Shown here one piece after another: positions 8,752 to 15,389 of a DNA stretch of 15,573 bases. How positions within the stretch are numbered: position 1 is the stretch's first letter; the number at the start of each line of letters is the position of its first letter. The DNA comes from Microcoleaceae cyanobacterium. Its GTDB lineage: Bacteria > Cyanobacteriota > Cyanobacteriia > Cyanobacteriales > Microcoleaceae. The notes under the pieces were generated by a model that was not told the origin of the DNA, made no database searches, and saw nothing but the letters and a program-made list of their open reading frames with translations. The position numbers and the translations under genes are program-made. The stretch is taken from NCBI GenBank assembly GCA_051652765.1, contig JBOFUV010000156.1, forward strand, positions 1-15,573. The letters are read 5' to 3'.

Positions 8752-9621
8752 TTATAACAATCTCAGATCCTTCAAACAACGGCGTGTGACCTCCATTCGA
8801 GCAGAAGCATCTTTCTCGTTAAGAATCTCGATATTGGTGGCGAAAAAGTAAACATCTTTTCCTTTCTCTAAGTACCCAACTAACCATCCAATTTGGGGTT
8901 TTACGCCATCGTCAAATCCAACCCAGCCTGTTTTCCCTCGTATGGTATAGTCTGGAGTTTTCTCTAGAACCATGATGTCTTTTACAATCGAGAGAGATCG
9001 CGCTTGAAAGGGTAAATCATTCTTGTAAAAACGGCGGAGAAACTGAATTTGCTGTTCAGGCGTGATTCGCAACTCTCCTCGTAACCAGAATTTGTCAATA
9101 TCTGCTTGACTCCCAATTTTTTGGTTGCCATATCCAACTTGCGTCACCCATTTTTGCATCCGGTTGTGCCCTACTCGACGAGCTAAAACCTGATAAAACC
9201 AATAGGCAGAGAGCTTGATTGCTTCTCTCATGTTCAGATCTCGATTCCATGCAGGCAGCTTTCTTTGAATGCCGTCCCACGTTAGAACCGCAATTTCATC
9301 TGAAATGACTCCCGTTTCCAGTGCAATGAGAGAATTCAGAATTTTGAAGGTAGAAGCAGGTAAAAAAGCAGTTGTGTTTCGAGATGGATTATGTTGAAAA
9401 ACGCGATCGCTGTTCGAGTCGTAAATTAGAATGGAACCCTCAATCCCTAGTTCTCGAAAGTGCGGCGCAAAATCGATGTTCTGTGCAACCTCTACACGAG
9501 TCGCGGATTCAATCGGCGAATTTGGCATTGTTGCGACTGATTGCACGGTCTGAACCAGGGCAGTGGCACTGCAACACAGCGCAACGAAAAAGATAATGAC
9601 AAAGCGAAACCTTTGATTCAT
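8752..9621 (-). CDS. blaOXA: Class D beta-lactamase (OXA-like) with signal peptide
   Basis: PASTFK (SxxK), SAYW at the SxV position, YGN, FWL, KTG, GWLVG motifs; hydrophobic N-terminal leader. Confidence 0.9.
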   Translation of the reverse strand: MNQRFRFVIIFFVALCCSATALVQTVQSVATMPNSPIESATRVEVAQNIDFAPHFRELGIEGSILIYDSNSDRVFQHNPSRNTTAFLPASTFKILNSLIALETGVISDEIAVLTWDGIQRKLPAWNRDLNMREAIKLSAYWFYQVLARRVGHNRMQKWVTQVGYGNQKIGSQADIDKFWLRGELRITPEQQIQFLRRFYKNDLPFQARSLSIVKDIMVLEKTPDYTIRGKTGWVGFDDGVKPQIGWLVGYLEKGKDVYFFATNIEILNEKDASARMEVTRRCLKDLRLL

Positions 9622-9699
9622 CGGCTTCTACCAACTAGCAATAGGATGAGCAGCCTTACTAAAGTTTTGATGCCGTCCGCTGCACCAGGGTTGTTATGC
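9604..9699 (-). repeat. attC-like site overlapping the HNH 3' end and blaOXA start
   Basis: Right arm is clear: GCCG[T]CCGCTG[C]ACC-agggtt-GTTATGC. Putative left arm GCGAAAC-ctttg-ATTCATCGG at 9604-9624 is less certain. Confidence 0.62.
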
Positions 9700-10160
9700 T
9701 GCCAGATCAACCGGTTAATGTGTGGATCATTAGTAGGCGGATGCCAACCACCGCGAATCCAGAGACGACGGGCACGCTGAATAGAGCCATCATCATGCCA
9801 ATCGTCATTCATATCTAAGCGTTGAATCGTGGCACGTCCGATCGGAGCGATACCTATAATTCTTTGTCCATCGGCAGACCAGATAAAATGCTCTGACCAT
9901 TGATTTTGTCTGGGGTTGAAAAGCGGAAAATTCTCCTGGGTATCAGGATCGATGCCATCTGTAAAGTTGTAGCGGTGACCATTGCAGCGATGGCAGGCAA
10001 GGGCAAGGTTATCTTCGGCATCTGTACCACCTAGGGACTGAGGTATCAGGTGGTCAAAGGTGAAAAGAGATGCACTGGCTTCTTCCGAGGAATGACAATA
10101 CTCGCACAAGAAATTAGCGCGTTGACGAATGCATTGACGGCTGGCAATGCTGATGGTCAT
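9618..10160 (-). CDS. HNH endonuclease
   Basis: RANFLCEYC, DHLIPQSLGG, NLALACHRCN, LFNPR, HFIWS, GRATI..L.MN; C-terminal tail reads through the attC. Confidence 0.9.
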   Translation of the reverse strand: MTISIASRQCIRQRANFLCEYCHSSEEASASLFTFDHLIPQSLGGTDAEDNLALACHRCNGHRYNFTDGIDPDTQENFPLFNPRQNQWSEHFIWSADGQRIIGIAPIGRATIQRLDMNDDWHDDGSIQRARRLWIRGGWHPPTNDPHINRLIWQHNNPGAADGIKTLVRLLILLLVGRSR

Positions 10161-10396
10161 GACTCGGCAATAATGCGGGCATTCATCAAAGTAAAGATGC
10201 GGTCAAGTTCAGTAATACCAGCCAACTCAGCGGTTTCTTCTGAAGTGAGAAGGTTGACTTTTTGGCGCTCAATCAGAATTTCAAGGCGCAGTTGGAGTTG
10301 ATCGTTAAACTTAAAAAGATTAAGACCGCGCATCTTTTGGATTTTAATACCTTCTTCAATCCACGATGAAGGTTGTACCATTGTTTGAGTAATCAT
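10157..10396 (-). CDS. Small antitoxin-like partner of the HNH nuclease
   Basis: 79 aa, LQLRLEILIERQK..LLTSEETAELAGITEL pattern; GGAGAG RBS; ATGA overlap with the HNH start. Confidence 0.7.
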   Translation of the reverse strand: MITQTMVQPSSWIEEGIKIQKMRGLNLFKFNDQLQLRLEILIERQKVNLLTSEETAELAGITELDRIFTLMNARIIAES

Positions 10397-10407
10397 GGCG
10401 ATCTCTC

Positions 10408-10662
10408 CTATTCTCTAAGCGCGATTATATTTAAGGAAGCAATCTTGCGAATACTGAACCGTTTCTCTGTGAAATAGCATAGGCTGATAAAAGATAAGAA
10501 GCTGACGAGCCACTCTAAAGACACTGAGTATAAAAGCCCGACTGCTGTAATCAGGTAACCCATCATGATCAGGCAAGTATTATCAGCCTGAAGGATTTCT
10601 GCTCTTAGGGCAACGTATTCAGTTCTTCTGTCTTCTAGCTTTATTGCTTTGTCAGGTTCCAT
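10408..10662 (-). CDS. Hypothetical membrane protein (84 aa), possibly 3'-truncated
   Basis: EYVALRAEI followed by two hydrophobic segments; its stop abuts the RBS of the next gene. Confidence 0.55.
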   Translation of the reverse strand: MEPDKAIKLEDRRTEYVALRAEILQADNTCLIMMGYLITAVGLLYSVSLEWLVSFLSFISLCYFTEKRFSIRKIASLNIIALRE

Positions 10663-10828
10663 ATAGCTTACCCGCTAATCCAGTTTTCTGAAGTAAAAAT
10701 AACCCTAGCAACTTTTCCACAACATTCAAGTGGTGGTAATTAGCTAACCTTAACTTGATTTTACAAAAAATTGCCTGACATAGCTTGAAGACAAAGAAGC
10801 TCTTGACGAACCAAGACACTCGGCTGAA

Positions 10829-10915
10829 GTATAACGTTCCTGTTTAGCGGCGGTAGATAACCTTGAACTCTCGCCGATAACTTCTGTTCCATCCGCTCCA
10901 ATCGGGTTGTTAGGC
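10829..10915 (-). repeat. attC-like site
   Basis: GTATAAC-gttcct-GTTTAGCGGCGG ... CCATCCGCTC[C]AAT-cgggtt-GTTAGGC; 87 bp; 6 nt after the hydrolase stop. Confidence 0.82.
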
Positions 10916-10921
10916 TGTTTC

Positions 10922-11770
10922 TCACGGTGATACAGTTTGCTTCTCTATCGCTTCAAAAATAACAGACCAGTCGCCGCGATGCAATTCGTGTCCTGTTCCA
11001 GGCAATGATAGTAATATAGACTCCTGGATTTTCGCTTTCAATACCAAGCTATGGGCATAGGGTAAAACACGATCCTCTGTGCCATGAATAATCAGAGTTG
11101 GAACGGCGATTTCGTGGAGGTGGTTGAACCATTGTTCTCCACCTTGAAGCGAGGCATGATTAAAGGTCGTCATGAAATTGGGCGTTCGATCAAAGTCAGC
11201 CCCAGCTAATTCGCGGATCGCTGATTCATCAAACAGATGGGCTGAACCAGACATCAATCGCCATGCACCAATCTGATAGTCAATCACTGCCTCACGGTTT
11301 GCCCAATCCAGTTCACTAGCTTTCGCATGATACTCAAGGACAGATGAATCGATCCCTGGTATTGTTGGATCGCCTTCAGCCAAAGGTTCTGAGGCAATTA
11401 ACGTTAGACTTTTAACTCGCTGAGGATACTTGAGCGCCATGAGTTGAGCTAAGAATCCTCCCAGCGACATCCCTACTAAATGAGCGCTCTGAAGACCATA
11501 GCTATCAAGAACACAAAAAGCATCATCCGCTAGATCTTCAACGGAATAGTGAGTGTGACCTAGCTCGTAACTGGTTGAGCGCCCCGTGTCTCGGTGATCA
11601 TAGCGAATCACATAGCGTCCTAGAGCAGCCAACTGACAGCAGAAATCTTCCGCCCACCACACGGCTGAAGACATCGCTCCCATAATCAATAAAATTGGTT
11701 GATCGCTTGGATTACCGAAAGATTCGGAAAAAAGACGAACCTCATTATGGTTAATCCATTTACTTTCCAT
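10922..11770 (-). CDS. estX: Alpha/beta hydrolase, EstX/EstT (macrolide esterase)/RdmC-like
   Basis: [38 protein letters not shown] nucleophile elbow, HGTED, GTGHELH; closely matches my recollection of the EstX cassette protein. ATG 11770 preferred because the longer ORF starts inside an attC. Confidence 0.85.
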   Translation of the reverse strand: MESKWINHNEVRLFSESFGNPSDQPILLIMGAMSSAVWWAEDFCCQLAALGRYVIRYDHRDTGRSTSYELGHTHYSVEDLADDAFCVLDSYGLQSAHLVGMSLGGFLAQLMALKYPQRVKSLTLIASEPLAEGDPTIPGIDSSVLEYHAKASELDWANREAVIDYQIGAWRLMSGSAHLFDESAIRELAGADFDRTPNFMTTFNHASLQGGEQWFNHLHEIAVPTLIIHGTEDRVLPYAHSLVLKAKIQESILLSLPGTGHELHRGDWSVIFEAIEKQTVSP

Positions 11771-11807
11771 ATCTTTTCGCATCTCGGCTTTCTTACATTC
11801 TATCAAC

Positions 11808-11899
11808 CTCGATTCCTGCATTTCACCATCATCAAAGATCAAATCATTTGGTCTTCTACAATAGCCATGCTTCGCACCGGTGCAGCGCGGTTGTTATGC
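11808..11899 (-). repeat. attC-like site (R' lost)
   Basis: Right arm CCGGTG[C]AGC-gcggtt-GTTATGC; left L' TTTCACC at 11821-11827; central hairpin aagatcaaa/tttggtctt; R' position reads CTCGATT. Confidence 0.68.
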
Positions 11900-11907
11900 G
11901 GCGATCG

Positions 11908-12312
11908 CTAGGTCATTGAAATTACTGGGTAATTATAACTTTCCTTAACGACTAAACCATCTTTCCAATAACCGATCGAAAGTTGATTGCTTTTATTATC
12001 AATGATCTGTTCAGCATATCTAATGGTGAAATCGTTGTACCAATTGGAAACTACAACAAAGTCATAACTGTGATCGGCTGAGACTGCAATATCTTGACTA
12101 ATCAATCTAGACTCTCTAAACTCGACCAACATTTCGTCGAAAAAGACAGCTCTTCCTTGGCGGCAGGCTTCTTTCCCTGTGGTGACCGTACCGTCGCCTT
12201 CAATCATCACAGTATCCTCAGAATAGTATTTTTCCAAGGCTACCGATGTTTGAAACGTAACAACTAAATTGTTAATGTCTGCCAACGCGGCTTGTAATTC
12301 TTCAATCGTCAT
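11908..12312 (-). CDS. SnoaL-like / NTF2 superfamily protein
   Basis: ALEKYYSEDTVMIE...TTGKEACR and C-terminal YWKDGLVVKESYNY pattern; ATG 12312. Confidence 0.75.
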   Translation of the reverse strand: MTIEELQAALADINNLVVTFQTSVALEKYYSEDTVMIEGDGTVTTGKEACRQGRAVFFDEMLVEFRESRLISQDIAVSADHSYDFVVVSNWYNDFTIRYAEQIIDNKSNQLSIGYWKDGLVVKESYNYPVISMT

Positions 12313-12417
12313 AAGCAAAATAATAAGGTTTTGAGAATTCAGAGAAAATTTTAGCTTACTGTTTTAATCACGTCCCACAAGTAATACTCTAATTGCGCCC
12401 TAGCTGTAATCGAAGCT

Positions 12418-12504
12418 GCATAACGGTGCGGTTCACCAGACGCAAAAGAACTATGTATACCACTGACAATTTAGATTCGTTCTGGTGCAGTGGGCTTGTT
12501 AGCT
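12418..12504 (-). repeat. attC site (best preserved)
   Basis: GCATAAC-ggtgcg-GTTCACCAGACG ... CGT[T]CTGGTG[C]AGT-gggctt-GTTAGCT; 87 bp; two extrahelical bases. Confidence 0.9.
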
Positions 12505-12532
12505 ATTTTTTGTCGCATCAGAACATGAAACT

Positions 12533-13107
12533 TTATGAATTCAATGTCTTTTCAATGCGGCGATCAGGAACGAGCCACATGACTGCAACCAGAACATACA
12601 ATGCACATGCAAGCCAAGAGGTTGCAAAAGCAAGTGGAATTGCAACTGCATAAATCAATACCGAAACTTTCCTTTAAGATCCCGACCGAGAGCGTTTGCA
12701 AGTGTGGAATCTTGGCCGTGGTGAAAAATAAGTGTGCGGGTTAGAGTGAAATAGGCGATCGCAGCCAACAATAGAACCGCACCATAAAGCGCAACAGGCA
12801 ACGCCGCAAAGTGATTTTCACCCATCCATGCGGTGGCAAAGGGAAATAATGATAACCAGAACAACAAATGTAAGTTTGCCCACAAAGTTGAACCATTCAC
12901 TTGTTGGACTACCTGAAACAGGTGATGGTGATTGTTCCAGTAGATACCAACATACACGAAACTCAACACGTAGCTTAGGAAGGTTGGAATCAGCGGAAGT
13001 AGCGCAGCTAGATCTGACTCATGAGGTATTTTCAACTCCAATACCATAATGGTGATAATAATAGCAATTACCCCATCACTGAATGCTTCTAACCTGCCTT
13101 TAACCAT
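12533..13107 (-). pseudogene. TMEM175 (DUF1211) potassium channel family gene with a 1-nt frameshift
   Basis: RLEAFSDGVIAIIITIMVLE and YWNNHHHLF motifs; ORF stops at GKFRY*, but the -1 frame from about 12668 continues VSVLIYAVAIPLAFATSWLACALYVLVAVMWLVPDRRIEKTLNS* (TAA 12535-12533). Confidence 0.85.
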
Positions 13108-13182
13108 TTTCAGGTGCGCTCCTTGTCTGCTTACCGCGTTGTCTAACCGCCGTTTGCAAAAATGGTTGTTCGGTTATCCACT

Positions 13183-13268
13183 ATCCATCAGTATAGCTAA
13201 GTAGCAGCAGATCACCTCAAACGTTGGATCAAGGTCGATCATCCATCCGCTTCAGCAATTTGTTAGCT
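13183..13268 (-). repeat. attC-like site (R' degenerate)
   Basis: ATCCATC-agtata-GCTAAGTAG ... gatcacct/aggtcgatc stem ... CCATCCGCTT[C]AGC-aattt-GTTAGCT; 86 bp; abuts the DUF5996 stop codon. Confidence 0.72.
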
Positions 13269-14210
13269 TTACACGGTTGGGGCACGCTCCAGAGTTGCTC
13301 GATCCCAATGTCCTAAATTTGCTGCTGCTTCATAAGTGCTTTGGAGAAAAGCAAGGATTACTGCATCTGGTTCGCTAGCTTGTCTTACGACCTCATAGGG
13401 TAGGATAAACTCTTGCAACTCCGAGCTATAGAATGCCCCCTTAGGCTGAACAGGATAATCACGGAACCCTTCCGGCGCAGGGTAAGCATAAGCGTAAAAA
13501 ATAGGCTCCACAACTGACCCACCCCCTGGCCAAAAGCCGCAACTACTGACTTCATGTGAATAGGCTTCTCGTGTGACCCAATCTGCCATATTCGGAACTC
13601 CCCCTGGATGTTCTGGCGCAAGACGACCGGAGAAACGAGTCACAGCAAGATCGAAGCTGCCCCAAAAGAAATGCACAGGGCTGGATTTACCAATAAACTG
13701 TGAACGGAATAAGGTCATGACTCGATCAACTTGCACGAGAATTCGCCAGAACCGTTGTGCGTATTCCGGATCGTAAGCTGCGTGTTGATAGTCCTGATCA
13801 AACGGGATTGGTTCTGACACTTCTTGCGGCATCGTCCAGATTCGGACTTCGATACCGATACTGCTCAATGTAGTCAGCACCGTTTGGTAAAAATCTGCAA
13901 CAGAGCGAGGAGTCAGGGCAATTCTTTTAGTAATGCCGTCGCTAGTGTCGATTTGTAGTTGATGATCGAGAAAATCAAAGCTAATTTGAAAGTTACGAGT
14001 TTCGTAAGGGATGGAAGCGGTTGTCAGTCCACGTGGTGTGACATAGAGAGTAGACTGCCACCAGTGATTGAGTTTAGGAGCCAATGCCAACCGAATTTTA
14101 CCGATGATTTGTGTCCATAGATGGACAGTTGTATAGGTATCTTGCCAGTCTGCTAGGGGCAAACTGGGCCAAACGATGTCAATGGGAGTACCTTGAACCG
14201 AAACTGCCAT
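13269..14210 (-). CDS. DUF5996 family protein
   Basis: WPSLPLADWQDT..TVHLWTQIIGKIRL, NHWW, SPVHFFWGSFDLAVTRFSGR, EAYSHEVSSCGFWPG; ATG 14210 with GAGG RBS. Confidence 0.85.
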   Translation of the reverse strand: MAVSVQGTPIDIVWPSLPLADWQDTYTTVHLWTQIIGKIRLALAPKLNHWWQSTLYVTPRGLTTASIPYETRNFQISFDFLDHQLQIDTSDGITKRIALTPRSVADFYQTVLTTLSSIGIEVRIWTMPQEVSEPIPFDQDYQHAAYDPEYAQRFWRILVQVDRVMTLFRSQFIGKSSPVHFFWGSFDLAVTRFSGRLAPEHPGGVPNMADWVTREAYSHEVSSCGFWPGGGSVVEPIFYAYAYPAPEGFRDYPVQPKGAFYSSELQEFILPYEVVRQASEPDAVILAFLQSTYEAAANLGHWDRATLERAPTV

Positions 14211-14336
14211 AATAAGCCTCAAATTAAAGAAAACATACTGGAAATCTATCAAAAGTTAGATGCTATTCACAACGTTTTTCCATTCGCCGGGTTAAAAACC
14301 GAGTGTTAAGGCAAGTTTCTTCACAGACCCCAAAAC

Positions 14337-14425
14337 TGCTAACAACCAAGCTCACCCGCTGCTGATAGCTTTGGGACTAATCCCCAATAGTACTATTGCA
14401 GGTCGGGTGCAGTGATTGGTTAGCT
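14337..14425 (-). repeat. attC site
   Basis: TGCTAAC-aaccaa-GCTCACCCGCTGCTGATAG ... CTATTGCAG[GT]CGGGTG[C]AGT-gattg-GTTAGCT; 89 bp; canonical 6/5 spacers. Confidence 0.9.
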
Positions 14426-14436
14426 TGACTTGGGCG

Positions 14437-14522
14437 AGCTGACTGTTTCTTAACTCAGCAAAACGACCAGCGCAGATGATGCAAACCCTCTCTCAAAATT
14501 CCGTTGCAACGACTTGTTAGCT
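14437..14522 (-). repeat. attC-like site (left arm degenerate)
   Basis: AGCTGAC-tgtttc... TCCGTTG[C]AAC-gactt-GTTAGCT; 86 bp, same length class as the other sites. Confidence 0.6.
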
Positions 14523-14577
14523 GGCGGTCTGCTCAGGATCTCTTAGGAGCACAGAGGTCAGCCAATATCCACCTGTC

Positions 14578-15066
14578 CTAGAAATTAGTTTTCTTAGCAT
14601 ATTTTTGCATAAGCTCCTGCACGATCGCCGTGGAAGTACGAAAGTTAGTTTGCTGAAGTCGTTCAATTGCTACAGCAAAGTCAATCAAGTTTTCACTAGC
14701 AGCTCGATCCAAAATACCCAAAACGCCAGTGAGGCCAAGCCCACGACTAGCCGCTAGGCGACGGGCTGCAAGATCATCAAGTAGGATAAGATCAGCTTTC
14801 AAGCTTTCCGCAAGCAAAATGGCGGCGCATTCTCCCGCGTCTAACTTGAGCAAGTCTGAATCAGGTTGAGTTGAAGTTGATTGAATAGTAAGCCATGTAG
14901 GCGGCGATGCAATCCATTGCTGCACGACGAGTGGAGCTTTGGGTGAAGCAAGCTCATCCCGAACAGTTTCAGGAATGAGGATGCCTTCAAAAAGACGAGG
15001 TAGAAGATCTATTTGCTCAATAACAACCAGATAAGAGATGGGCGAGGTGTTGGAAACAACCAGCAT
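14578..15066 (-). CDS. DUF3368 PIN-domain protein (putative toxin)
   Basis: VVSNTSPI, IPETVRDEL, LDAGECAAILLA, LILLDDLAARRLA, GVLGIL. Confidence 0.9.
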   Translation of the reverse strand: MLVVSNTSPISYLVVIEQIDLLPRLFEGILIPETVRDELASPKAPLVVQQWIASPPTWLTIQSTSTQPDSDLLKLDAGECAAILLAESLKADLILLDDLAARRLAASRGLGLTGVLGILDRAASENLIDFAVAIERLQQTNFRTSTAIVQELMQKYAKKTNF

Positions 15067-15069
15067 ATA

Positions 15070-15333
15070 TCAGGGCAACAGTTTTTTTAGTGTGGCGCGA
15101 TCGCCCTCTAAATCGACTTCAGTGTAGGCTGGTTCAGCTTGTTCGTGCTCAAGGAAGGCGTAGGTGTCCCAACGAGAGGTGAAGCCCAACATTTGTCCAA
15201 CCTCACCTGAGCCAATTAAGCCTTTACGATAAGCTTCGACAGCAAGAGCCTCAAGGAATCGTCGGCTGAGAATTTCGGGACTATCTGCCAGTTGATTAGC
15301 AATGTGATCGGGAATCTCAAGAGTGATTTTCAT
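15070..15333 (-). CDS. UPF0175 family protein (putative antitoxin)
   Basis: ITLEIPD, LEALAVEAYRKGLIGSGEVGQMLG..SRW, YTEVDLEGD; 3 nt upstream of the PIN gene. Confidence 0.88.
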   Translation of the reverse strand: MKITLEIPDHIANQLADSPEILSRRFLEALAVEAYRKGLIGSGEVGQMLGFTSRWDTYAFLEHEQAEPAYTEVDLEGDRATLKKLLP

Positions 15334-15389
15334 ATCAAGAATCTTCCAAACAGTTGCTGTTAAAGCAATACCTCTAAATTTGTTTCTCT

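Larger units (their letters stand above)
8643..14522 (-). mobile_element. Integron-type gene cassette array (attC cluster, no integrase in window)
   Basis: Eight attC-like palindromes, seven just 3' of or overlapping the 3' end of a minus-strand gene; cassette ends complementary (e.g. GTTATGC 11893-11899 and GCATAAC 12418-12424); functionally unrelated co-oriented genes. Array may extend to about 7990 and to the right. Confidence 0.85.
727..15104. repeat. Dispersed HIP1 octamers (GCGATCGC)
   Basis: Seen at 727, 860, 1925, 1931, 6534, 7729, 8476, 9403, 11901, 12755 and 15097; hallmark of cyanobacterial DNA. Confidence 0.9.

Noticed and set aside
10670..10800. CGCTAAT, AGCTAAC and GCCTGAC as additional attC half-sites
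   Set aside because: No matching L boxes or partner arms could be built; may be eroded remnants but unsupported.
11771..11842. N-terminal extension of the hydrolase ORF (start 11842)
   Set aside because: Starts inside the attC; family similarity begins near MESKW (11770).
13194..13201. TAGCTAAG as the R' box complementary to GTTAGCTA at 12498
   Set aside because: It fits better as the L' box pairing with GCTT[C]AGC, giving an 86 bp site like the others.
8643..14522. Repeats as a CRISPR array, IS ends or MITEs
   Set aside because: Repeats are divergent, mostly separated by whole genes, with no cas gene or transposase and no target duplication that I could see; the box geometry fits attC.
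15334..15389. attI or attC upstream of the antitoxin
   Set aside because: Only a short TTGCT/AGCAA hairpin; no integrase-binding box pattern I can support.
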